Both the position numbers and the translations under genes were made by a program. From the human T2T-CHM13v2.0 reference genome, Homo sapiens, in assembly GCF_009914755.1 (NCBI RefSeq), contig NC_060938.1: DNA of 64,000 nt; one strand, written 5' to 3'. Below are positions 13,246 to 25,114 of this stretch, piece after piece. Each line of letters begins with the position of its first letter. The stretch's first letter is position 1. The notes under the pieces were generated by a model that was not told where the DNA came from, ran no database searches, and was given only the letters and a program-made list of their open reading frames with translations.

Positions 13246-14649
13246 GAAGGGGAAGGAAAAGCAGCAGGTATAATTGATCAATTGTAACAAACCAACCCCA
13301 AATTACCTCCACCTGGGCCTGGAGTTTTGCAGCAACAATTAAGTTACTTTAGGTCTCTGTTCAAATTTTACTTCATTCTATTAAGTCTTTTTCAATGAAC
13401 ACGATTTACAATTTATTTTTAGTTGTAAGAAATCATACGTATTTTGTACTTCAGTTTGAGAAACACAACATTTTAGGACTTGAAATGGCTTTAAATATAT
13501 CTTATCTGCAAAAATACACCAAATAAGGCAAAGCTATTTTCAGTTTCTTGCTTTTGATCATCCTGAAAATCTCAGAACTGATACTAGAACTTTAGATAGT
13601 TCTAGTGCTTGTTCTAGTATCTAGTTCTGGAGACTTAGCAAGTCTTTTTCTTGTCAAATACGCAAGTACTGTTCTCAGAGTCATAATTTTAAATTTGGGG
13701 CTAATAAAATAAATGTTTAAGTGCTTTCTTTTTTTAATCAAAAACAAGTTTGAACCCCCGATAAGTGTTGTGTCTATTCTTTGCTCTTGCTTAAAATCTT
13801 AATTATTTTGCTTATATGTATATTAATAATGATCATCTATCTATTGATCTATTAAACATACTGTATATGACTTAAGTCAAGGGTCTAGCATCTTCTGTTT
13901 TTTCATTATGCCCGGAACATCTCTTACTTAAGAGTTTTTCAATAATTATTTCTAATGCCACATTTAAAACCATCTTAATATGAATGATTACAACTTTCAC
14001 TGTGTAGTCTTTAAGACATAGAACTGTCTCTGAACTAAAAGCATTTATTCTCTTTAAATCTCTCCACTTTATGTTATGCTTGTAGAAAACAAATTACTTT
14101 AAAACTTGTCTAATTTTTTAAAAATGTGGTCTAAAGGTTGCATGTTAATGGAAGATAGCTACAATAAGTTTGTAAAGAGGTTGAAAATCAATGTTATTTT
14201 AGACAGGTGGGTCCTAAGTTTTATTTGTTTCTTTTTGTTGCTGTTGTTGTTGTGGTTGTTGTTTTGCGTCTCAATTACAAATACTTTTGTGATGCTTTTG
14301 GATAATATGAACCGTAAGTTACTTTCATTTATCTCATTATTGATAGAGTGTATTTCTCCCCAAATAGTCAAGCTTATGATCAAAAGAGTACAACTTGAAT
14401 TGTCACAACTTGGAACACCTTTTAAGAAACACCTGCGGAAAACTTGTGACAATGAAAATTTTGAATACACTGACCTGTCGTTTGGAGAACTCATTTAACA
14501 GATTCGTTTAGCAAACTGGAATGACATGATCTGTTAGGCTGTGACTGTATAGCAACACCAAATTCACGGCACTAGGGTTTCAAAAAGAATTCAGCCATTT
14601 TATTGAAGTAGTCACTTCAACAGCTGAGTGCTTTCCATGGGATCAGGTA

Positions 14650-14880
14650 TTATATTTATTTAATAAGAATACTGGATAAATCTCATTATGTTTCAGGAGT
14701 GCTTCTAAGCACTTTATGAAGATTAATTCATTTAATCCTCATTGTGATTCTAGCATCCTGGTAATATTAGTATCACCATTTTAGAGATGCCTTCACAATT
14801 AATTTGTCTTAGGTCTCCTAACCAGCGATGCAATTCAGATTCAAATCCAGATAAAGATGCCCCACAATGCCTGTGCATAT
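14650..14880 (-). mobile_element. MIR
   Basis: ttctaagcacttta...tcatttaatcctca...ccattttagagatg...attcaaatccag. Confidence 0.7.
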
Positions 14881-14914
14881 TCACCATGTGGGCTATCTCC
14901 CCATGGCTAGCTGA

Positions 14915-15065
14915 GGCTGTATGTTTTATAGTGTGAGCTTCCGAGCCAAAAAGCCTGGGATCGAATCCCCTATGTGCTGTTATTAGCCTTGGGATTATAT
15001 GTAAGTTACTAAATCTCCCTGTGCTTCAGTTTCCTCATCTGTAAAATAAATACTAATATATGTAA
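14915..15065 (+). mobile_element. MIR
   Basis: gcctgggatcgaatccc...aagttact...cttcagtttcctcatctgtaaaat. Confidence 0.75.
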
Positions 15066-16091
15066 AACAATAGACTATTAATTAACATGTAGGCAGTATT
15101 TATTGAACAGTGTTTTTGTTACCTAATATTTGGCTTTAGGTTAAAAAATAATAAATGATTAAATAATTGAATTTTCAAGTCTGAGTTTTGATTTCACATA
15201 TAAATGGATAAGAGACAATTGTGTCAAAAAGTTTATAATTCAGCTGTGTGAGAGTGACATCACATTTCTTGATTTTTAGAAGGGGGTATACAGATAACTA
15301 GCTTTTTCTAATACCTCCTACTGTGCCAATTTTTAAGGCCTCTTTCTTTTTTCTTCAGGACAATGATGAATCTAGAATATCTAGACAGCGAACTCACAGG
15401 TGACATCAGTACCTGTGGAAAGCCAGACTCCCTTGAGAATTCAGTCTAACTGCAGCCTAATGAAAGTGCAGTTTTCTTGTGTTCTGGGATTTAATGATCC
15501 CATTCCCAAGGTCAGTGGATCTCCTTTGAGGTTTCTAGCTAGCCCTCTCATGATCCTTGTCAGCTTTCCATACTCTTCAGCATATATGCATATTCATAAT
15601 GCGCTTTAACGCATCCTTTGAATGAATTCGTGCATTTACTCAACTTTCCATTTGCAGGACCTTTCTCGATGGAGTGTCATGGAAGCCCTCAAATCAAGGG
15701 AGGGCTGGGACAGAGGTGTACATAGCACCAGATTTAAAGTCTAGGCTTTATTTCAAGTCAGGTAAAGGGGAGCTAGTGAAGATTTCAGATAGGACATATC
15801 TGGCCTCACTTGCACAAAATCTTGCGGGTGAGACAACAAACAGGGAATCATGCTGAAGGTGATGCAGAAGTGATGAATGTGGGGCTGGTGGTAGTGGTCG
15901 TAAAGGTTTCCCATTGGGTGGATGTAGGTTCTGAGCTAGAGAAGGTGGTGACACTTTGTCAACTAAGACTGGGTTGGAGGAAGAAAAGAACAGAATTCAC
16001 ACCTCAGGTCTGGAGGGAGAGGAGGAAAAGTCAGTGTGTGAGGAAGGGGCTACTAAGTTGTTTCATTACTGGGGCAGGAGACAAAGGTGAC

Positions 16092-16200
16092 TATATGTAT
16101 ATATATACACACACACATTATATATATCCATATATACACATGTATACATATATAATAAAATATGTTTGAATTTATATGAATATATGTATGTTTATATATT
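16092..16200. repeat. (TA)/(CA)-rich low-complexity tract
   Basis: tatatgtatatatatacacacacacattatatatatcc... Confidence 0.85.
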
Positions 16201-16386
16201 TCAAGTAAAAGCAGAATGTTGGATATTATGCAGGCAACGTAAGCCATCTAGTCCTTAAAGTATACCTAATATGAAAATTCTTGAGCTGTCACTGTTTGGG
16301 TTATATTCACCTCCTTTTCTGAAACTAACCTCTAGAACTCTACCTGGATTTAATTTTAAATCTTATACCTAACTTTAAGATAAATT

Positions 16387-16681
<295 letters not shown>

Positions 16682-16785
16682 TCAAAATACCTGAAGGTAT
16701 ACTTCTTTTGTAACTTAAGATATAATATATCTCTATGGGTTTGCTATTGCCTCATCAAACACACCTTAAAAATTGTTCAACTTTG

Positions 16786-17060
16786 GGCCAGTCAGGGTGG
16801 CTCACACCTGTAATCCCAGCACTTTGGGAGACTGAGGTGGGTGGATTGCTTGAGCCAAGGAGTCCTAGACCAGCCTGGGCATTATAGGGAGACCTCGTCT
16901 CTAAAAAAATACAAAAAGTAGCCATGTGTGGTGGTATGCACCTGTAGTCCCAGCTACTCAGGAGGCTGAGGTAGGAGGATTGCTTGAGCCAGGGAGGTGG
17001 AGGTTGCAGTGAGCCAAGATCATGCCACTATGACAGAGCAAGACTCTGTCTTAAAAAAAA
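16786..17060 (+). mobile_element. AluJ
   Basis: gattgcttgagcc, ggaggattgcttgagcc J-type motifs; decayed CpGs; degenerate TSD aattg..caactt. Confidence 0.88.
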
Positions 17061-17971
17061 GATTGCCCAACTTCATAACTTACCTTTTTATCTTCACATT
17101 TCAGAAAAACTTTACTCTCAACTGGTTTTTAAGAGACTTCAATTTATGGACTATTTTTCCTTGAACTATGCCTTACTTCAAATTTACCTTCAGTATTAAT
17201 ATCTTTGCAACAATGAAATATATTCATACAGACACCAAATGACGGGCTGCCCTAGCCAAATTAGTACATCATAAATTGTCTTCAGGAACAACTGGGGCAG
17301 CCCAGTACTATTATTATTTCTCTTCTTTAGCTGGACATAGTGAGAGATTTCTTGAAAACAAGATATTTTGCAGAAGTCAATTTCTTCTCTCAATAGGTAC
17401 AAAATAAATACATTTGAGCACATTCATTTTTCCAAAATCTAGTTTAACAAGCATATATTAAACATAGGCTGATATTACACACAGTTGTGCACAACATCTG
17501 ATAGACATATGAAAATACTAATTTGAATAAAACATGAACTCTGTCTTCCAAGAACTTAAACTCTTTTCAGAGAGTTTGTTGTAGTATGATACAAGGAAGT
17601 AGGACATTTTCTCGGTGAGATACAAACATTAGATTGAATAATGACTGAGCAGATTTCTGACTTTGGGAATAACATATGAAAAAGTGACTCTGGCTCCTAG
17701 GAGAATAAAAGGTTTGAAGGTTCAGACAAATGTTACTTGCCATGCAAGCCTTTCACATTATAGGCTGACAATAAATGCTCTTGAAAGAAAAAGAAAGAGG
17801 CAGGTAGGGAAAGAAGAATAGCATTACAAGGGCAAGAAGGGTAGAAGGTTGGGGGTCATGAACTTAGAGAGAGCTGAGCTTCAGGTTGCTGCTGTGGTTG
17901 TTATTAGTATTATTAATCGTTTGGTCTGCTGTTTGAGATAGGATTGATTTTCTGTTCTAAATAAAATTCCC

Positions 17972-18146
17972 AGCCAGGTGCAGTGGCTCACACTTGTCAT
18001 CCCAGCACTTTGGGAGACCAAGGTGGGAGGATCAATTGAGCCCAGGAGGTCGAGGCTGCAGTGAGCTATGATGGCACCACTACACTCCAGCCTAGGTGTC
18101 AATGAGACCCTGTCTCTAAACAAAAAAAAAAAAAAAAAAAAAAAAA
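17972..18146 (+). mobile_element. Alu monomer (FRAM/AluJ-like single arm) with A tail
   Basis: Single arm running from gtggctcacac to gagcccaggaggtcgaggctgcagtgagctatg...gagaccctgtctc, then poly(A). Confidence 0.85.
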
Positions 18147-18398
18147 TTAAAATTAAAAAAATTAACAAATACAATTTGTTAAAATTTAAAAAATTAACAA
18201 ATACAATTCCTCCTGGGATCAGCATAGAGCTGATTTTTTATTTCAAATAAAATTCCTCATGGAATCAGCAGGTCCCCATGTATTTAGAACATAAAATCCC
18301 TGAAGCCAGGATCCCATACCAAGCTCTCTCACCTGCCGGAGACTGGAGTCCTCCATTCCCTATGCTGGAAGCACATTCCCCTTGCCTCGTTCTGATTT

Positions 18399-20507
18399 TA
18401 CCTTTATATGGATATATATATCCATATAAATCCATATATATATGGATACATATATCCATATAAATCCATATATATATGGATACATATATCCATATAAATC
18501 CATATATATATGGATACATATATCCATATAAATCCATATATATGGATACATATATCCATATAAATCCATATATGTATGGATACATATATCCATATAAATC
18601 CATATATGTATGGATACATATATCCATATAAATCCATATATGTATGGATACATATATCCATATAAATCCATATATGTATGGATACATATATCCATATAAA
18701 TCCATATATGTATGGATACATATATCCATATAAATCCATATATGTATGGATACATATATCCATATAAATCCATATATGTATGGATACATATATCCATATA
18801 AATCCATATATGTATGGATATATATATCCATATAAATCCATATATGTATGGATATATATATCCATATAAATCCATATATGTATGGATATATATATCCATA
18901 TAAATCCATATATGTATGGATATATATATCCATATAAATCCATATATGTATGGATATATATATCCATATAAATCCATATATGTATGGATATATATATCCA
19001 TATAAATCCATATATGTATGGATATATATATCCATATAAATCCATATATGTATGGATATATATATCCATATAAATCCATATATGTATGGATATATATATC
19101 CATATAAATCCATATATGTATGGATATATATATCCATATAAATCCATATATGTATGGATATATATATCCATATAAATCCATATATGTATGGATATATATA
19201 TCCATATAAATCCATATATGTATGGATATATATATCCATATAAATCCATATATGTATGGATATATATATCCATATAAATCCATATATGTATGGATACATA
19301 TATCCATATAAATCCATATATGTATGGATACATATATCCATATAAATCCATATATGTATGGATATATATATCCATATAAATCCATATATATATCTATATA
19401 AATCCATATATATGGATATATATATCCATATAAATCCATATATATATGGATATATATATCCATATAAATCCATATATATGGATATATATATCCATATAAA
19501 TCCATATATATGGATATATATATCCATATAAATCCATATATATGGATATATATATCCATATAAATCCATATATATGGATATATATATCCATATAAATCCA
19601 TATATATGGATATATATATCCATATAAATCCATATATATGGATATATATATCCATATAAATCCATATATATGGATATATATATCCATATAAATCCATATA
19701 TATGGATATATATATCCATATAAATCCATATATATGGATATATATCCATATAAATCCATATATATGGATATATATCCATATAAATCCATATATATATGGA
19801 TATATATATCCATATAAATCCATATATATATGGATATATATATCCATATAAATCCATATATATATCTGTATAAATCCATGTATACGGACATATATGTCCG
19901 TATAAATCCGTATATATGGACATATATGTCCGTATAAATCCGTATATATGGATTGATATGTCCGTATCAATCCATATATATATGGATATATATGTCCGTA
20001 TCAATCCATATATATATGGATATATATGTCCGTATCAATCCATATATATATGGATATATATGTCCGTATCAATCCATATATATATGGATATATATGTCCG
20101 TATCAATCCATATATATATGGATATATATGTCCGTATCAATCCATATATATGGATATATATGTCCGTATCAATCCATATATATGGATATATATGTCCGTA
20201 TCAATCCATATATATGGATATATATGTCCGTATCAATCCATATATATGAATATATATGTCCGTATCAATCCATATATATGGATATATAAGTCCATATATA
20301 GATATATAAATCCATATATATGGATTTATATATCCATATATATGGATATATAAATCCATATAAAGGTGTATATATATATACCTTCATATATTTATATATA
20401 CATATGTGTGTGTGTATATATATATATATAAAGGTATTTATATATATAAAGGTATATATATATATATATAAAAATACCTTTATATATATAAATACCTTTA
20501 TATGGAT
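18399..20507. repeat. AT-rich 32-34 bp minisatellite (VNTR) with ordered variant blocks
   Basis: Units ta(c/t)atatatccatataaatccatatat(gt/at)atgga (34 bp), a 32-bp variant, then tatatatgtccgtatcaatccatatatatgga from ~19950; degenerate (TA)n end. Confidence 0.97.
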
Positions 20508-21799
20508 TGCTCACAGGCTCCCTATACCGTGTATGGGTGATTTTCTTTTTCTTTTTTCCTTTTTAACCTTGTTTTGGTAAGTCATCCTTAAAATTCCCAT
20601 TGGTCGTCTCCAGCTTCCTTGAAACATACAGCAGATGCTGGATATAACTTGATTCACAGTTTAACCAATTTCAGAGCTGAGTCTTGACTTCTAATTAGTC
20701 AGAGTGCATAAGATATTTTTATTTATCCTGAGGCATAATGACACAAAAAATAAAGCTTTAAAAAATGCGTATATATGCACCCAGACTGAAGCCCTGTACT
20801 GGGGTCCTGCAGTCTCTAATTCCCATAAGTGAGAGCAAACAGGAACGTGCTCTGGCTCTATAGTCTTACTGCATTACCTCAATGCAGTTGGAGGAGGTAT
20901 CTTTACTCCTCAGAAGTCATTTGGCCTAACTCTAATTAATACTTCACCTAATCTTCTAGTAATACCACTAATTGTTCACAAACCGGCAATTTAATCAACA
21001 CTCTGCTAACAGGCAAAGTTTTTTTTTCTTTCCACTTTTTTTGTGCTCTGACACAGTGTGAACTTAGGCAAGTATGTCCCAATTGCTTTGTTTCCATGTA
21101 ATTTAACAGCGCAACATTATTTTCTCATAAGAGGTGCTTTGAATTTTTACTGCTAATGAATAAATTAACTAAAAAAGGTTAATCTGCCTACATGTTTATG
21201 AAACATTATGCAAATCATTCTCCGAAAGGTTTAATGGTAATTGAAAGCAATTGGAAACCATGGTACATTTCCCCCAATTTTCATTTATTTTTTTTTAAGT
21301 ATACAGATTTTTACATTTTACAGATGTGTATGTAGAGGGGATTTTGTGAGTCTCTGACATCATCCCTGCAGGTTAAGCATGTTAATGAAGCAAGTGGGGC
21401 CTCCATTTTTGCTCAGGAATGGAATGGACTTTGATAATTAATTTCAAAGCAAAGCCATAAATATGAAAAGAATTGGCGTAATTAATATTATTACAGTGCA
21501 TAGCAAAGGAAGTGATTATGTTGAGACTCTCATTGTAAAGCTTTGACAAAATGGTACTCGCATCAAGTTACGTGCAGTTTATAACCTGCTATTCACTTTG
21601 GAGGTATTTTTCATGAATGGCACAGGTGTTGAAACCTGAAAAGGGTGGATTACTAAGTATGGACGTGAGCGTCACTTTGCGAAGAAACTTTTGCCTAAAT
21701 AAAGGCCTGTTTTCCCCATCTCACCCTCCTCTCTCCTGTAGGGAGGGTGGGTTGACTCATATGCTGGTAAAGGCATTTTTAGAAAGAAAAATGTGCATG

Positions 21800-21855
21800 C
21801 CTCTGTGCATGTGTGTGTGTCTGTGTGCACGTGTGTATGTGTGTGTGCATGTATG
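21800..21855. repeat. Imperfect (TG)n microsatellite
   Basis: tgtgcatgtgtgtgtgtctgtgtgcacgtgtgtatgtgtgtgtgc. Confidence 0.8.
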
Positions 21856-22002
21856 AGTTTGGAAATAGCAAAAGGCATGCACTGGGGATTACATCCTAAA
21901 AAAATTTTCCTACTTGATCCTGAAAGTCTGCACTGAGAATCCGAAGCTATGGATAAGTAGCTGATGGGCCTCTGTCACAATTTTTAAAAAATATATTGCA
22001 TA

Positions 22003-22284
22003 GGCTGGGCGTGGTGGCTCATGCCTGTAATCCCAGCACTTCGGGAGGCTGAGGCGGGCAGATCACGAGGTCAGGAGTTCGAGACCAGTCTGACCAACAT
22101 GATGAAGCCCCATCTCTACTAAAAATATAAAAATTAGCTGGGCATGGTGGCATAAGCCTGTAATCCCAGCTACTCAAGGCAGCAGAATCGCTTGAACCTG
22201 GGAGGTGGAGGTTGCAGTGAGCCAAGATCGTGCCACTGCACTCCTGCCTGGGTGACAGGGCAAGACTCCATCTCAAAAAAAAAA
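22003..22284 (+). mobile_element. AluS (Sg/Sc-like)
   Basis: gatcacgaggtcaggagttcgagaccag; right arm with small deletion; A tail. Confidence 0.9.
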
Positions 22285-22354
22285 GACAAAACTGTGATTC
22301 TCAAACTTTCCAGTCTCAAGACTTTTCACATTCTTAAAAGTTATTGGGGACCCT

Positions 22355-22548
22355 AAATATTTAACAATGGGCTCTCTAGGAAGAAAGAAAAAGGACTGAT
22401 ATGTAGCATTTGCCTATCTATACTTAAATTAGGGCCATAACGACAGACTTCAAGCCACCAACTTGAGGGTACTGAACTAGAAATTGTGAAGAGATTCACA
22501 CAATCAGCTCCACCAGCTAGCGTGGGCTGGCTCCAACATATTAATACA
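22355..22548 (-). mobile_element. MER63-like (hAT-Blackjack) element nested in Charlie1
   Basis: Reverse complement tggagccagc...gctgattgtgtgaatctcttc...gttggtggcttgaa...ggcaaatgctaca.atcag...gagagccc.ttgttaaa. Confidence 0.7.
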
Positions 22549-22699
22549 ACTGTTCCCATATTATCAGTTAAAATTAACAAATGTTAGAATATTTATTTCT
22601 ATACTCATCCGAGAAACCTAGAAGAAAATGGAAGAGAGAGGCCTTTGTCCAAAAAGCAGAAAAATATATTAAAGCTACTAAAATCAGAATGCCTCTCTC

Positions 22700-23536
22700 C
22701 TTTTGTGTTTTTTAAATTTGCCATTTATTGTCATAATATTGCCATTCATCTTTATGTTGTGCAATGTCAGTTTTAAATGCAAATAGAATAATAAATGTAA
22801 TTGTACAATGTATATTTCATAGCTCATATGTACATATGTATTTCATTCTTACCAGAACAGCAGAAACAGCACAAAACTAACTCATAACTGTTTTTATTTT
22901 ACCTCTTGATATTTTACCAACATTCTCTATCTTGGCCTTACTGATTTGTAAGTAAGGATTGAAAGGAAAAAGAACTACCCTATCTTTTGTATTCTTTTTG
23001 TGTCATCATTTCAGTGTAAGTGTTTGGCTAACACAGGGAAGTCATAGAAGTAACAAAGGATGTGGTGAGGCTCTTTGGCTATTAGTGTTTCATAAAATGT
23101 TTTTGCCTTTTGTCTGCATTTAAAGGAAATTCTGGTTCAAAGAGAAAGCATGTCCTCTCAGGGATGTCACTGACAGATCTCCCACCCGTCAACGCTAGTC
23201 TTAGTCTTAGATGTAGTTTGCTTGTCTTGAACTTGCCTTGAAACTAATTGAATCTCCATGTATTATGGGTCTACCAGAGCTCTGTTCTCAGGGGCATTGT
23301 GAATGCTCTGTAGCAATAGAATCACAAGGAATGGTGAACATGTGTGCTGCGTGTATGTCCTCTGCTCAGGCACATGCTTTATTTTCCTATTGGACTTCAC
23401 GTATAAAACACAAATTCAAAGACAAAAATAAGAATTTCAAGATGGTGACAGCAGAGCATTAAGCAAGGTCCACACCCTTTCTGAGTACAGGGCCCTCTGC
23501 CACTTCCCTGGCTGCACACCTAGGAAGTCAGCCCTG
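22700..23536 (-). mobile_element. MER45B-like (hAT-Tip100) element nested in Charlie1
   Basis: Reverse complement begins cagggctgacttc...gggccctgtactcagaaagg...ttaatgctctgctgtcaccatcttgaaattctta...tctttgaatttgtgtttt; left boundary approximate. Confidence 0.75.
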
Positions 23537-23819
23537 AAAATCGCAATAGCAAAATCATTCCATGTTACTGTAAATATTTTCACAAGGAATAACTGTGTTT
23601 TTAAAAAGTATAAGAACAGTTACATTGTTTTGCACTTTTGCAAATATCTTTACTGTCTAGTTTAATAGAAGACAGCTGGGCTCTCATGTCTACTTCTGCA
23701 TTCAATAGGTTGGAATACATTGTTTTGGTTGAGCTATCTGAAGAATATCTGGCCTCCCACAGACATGTGGTTGGACAAAGTCGAAGTATTTTACTATTTA
23801 GAAAACTGTAAATATTCTT

Positions 23820-24133
23820 TTTTATTTTATTTTATTTTATTTTTTTGAGACGGAGGCTTGCTTTGTGGCCTAGGCTGGAGTGCAGTGGCAAGATCTCAGC
23901 TCACTGCAACCTCTGCCTTCTGGATTCAAGCAATTCTCCTGACTCAGCCTCCTGAGTAGCTGGAACTACAGGCACATGCCACCACGCCCAGCTAATTTTT
24001 GTACTTTTTTTTTTTTTTTTTTTAGTAGAGATGAGGTTTCACCATGTTGGCCAGGATGTTCTCCATCTCCTGACCTCAGGATCCACCCACCTCGGCCTCC
24101 CAAAGTGCTCGGATTACAGGCGTGAGTCATCAG
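23820..24133 (-). mobile_element. AluS (Sx/Sz-like) nested in Charlie1
   Basis: (TTTTA)n tail, full dimer, TSD aatattctt at 23811-23819 and 24134-24142. Confidence 0.9.
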
Positions 24134-25114
24134 AATATTCTTATTTGAAATTATACTAAAACTCAATGTGGTAGTTTCTTAGATGTTATTATAATATGCA
24201 ATCTGATACCATATTAATAAACATTTTTATTCTGTTGAATTTCAATCCATTAGTGTATCTTGCACTTTGAATAAATCTTTACCCATACATGATTTTATAA
24301 CAACATGCATTGCTGATTGGAAAACACTGGCTCACTGAATTACATAGATCTTACAAATTTTGGCCCATTTTATTGTGCAATAAGACGAAAATAATATTTA
24401 TGAATATTGCCATCAGTCTTAGCTCACAGTTGTCAAGCTCACAGTTACAGATACGTTTTCAAAACTTATAATAATTTTCACTTTTTAAGCTCAAATTTTA
24501 TCATTGACAACAAATGCTGTCAATTATTTCCCTTTAAATGACAGGTTGAGGCTTCATTCATTTTTGAGAAAATATCTGCCAAATACCTAAGTCTGAATAA
24601 GTATGATTTGTTAATCATTTTTCAAGTAAAAATTACATACCATGGATTTTCAGAGGTTAGTTCAGGGGACAATGTGAAAAATTACATAAGCATTCTTGCT
24701 TCAGATGGTGTAGACACTAGAAATGCTTTCATCACGCTTCTCGTTTCTTCACACAAAATACAAAAAGACATGGCTTACGGGTCCAAAACGGATAATATTA
24801 ACAATTTTTACTAGTTTGTGAAAGATATTTTGTGAAACTTGCTTTCAGTTTTACCCTGTTGGTATAGAGGTGAATGATGCAATGACTAGCAATGCAGTTA
24901 GGTGTCATTGCCTTCGTTTGTGTCAAGGCCTCAGCAGTTTTATCCACCATTATTTTTGTACCACTGGTGCAACTGTCAACACAATGAAAAAGGAAAATAA
25001 CAGACACTATTATTTTACAATTGTTTTTGACATTGTGGGCACCCTAAGTGGTTCTGGAAAATTCAGAAGTCATACATTGGGAACTGCTGGTAGGAAAATG
25101 CTGCAGTAGGAGAT

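Larger units (their letters stand above)
22292..25089 (-). mobile_element. Charlie1 (Charlie1a-like) hAT DNA transposon, split by nested insertions
   Basis: Termini ctgtgattctcaaa / tgggaactgctg resemble CAG.GGTTCTCAAA TIRs; internal aatagaagacagctgg..tctcat..ct.cttctgcattc; ORF 24798..25007 gives hAT transposase-like CVD.CT...HCIIH. Confidence 0.8.

Noticed and set aside
14106-14498. 130-aa ORF with hydrophobic stretch
   Set aside because: Non-ATG start, hydrophobic run comes from a (GTT)n tract, no recognisable homology or splice context.
15363-15460. Possible C/D snoRNA (ATGATGA box C)
   Set aside because: No appropriately placed CTGA box D or terminal stem.
18405-20290. CRISPR-like array (32-34 bp palindromic repeats)
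   Set aside because: Units are head-to-tail with no unique spacers, there are no cas genes, and the context is primate genomic DNA.
18265-20580. Long ORFs (579, 536, 323 aa etc.) rich in Y/I/M/D/W
   Set aside because: Translations of the tandem repeat; open in several frames because the unit lacks stops on that strand. No coding signal.
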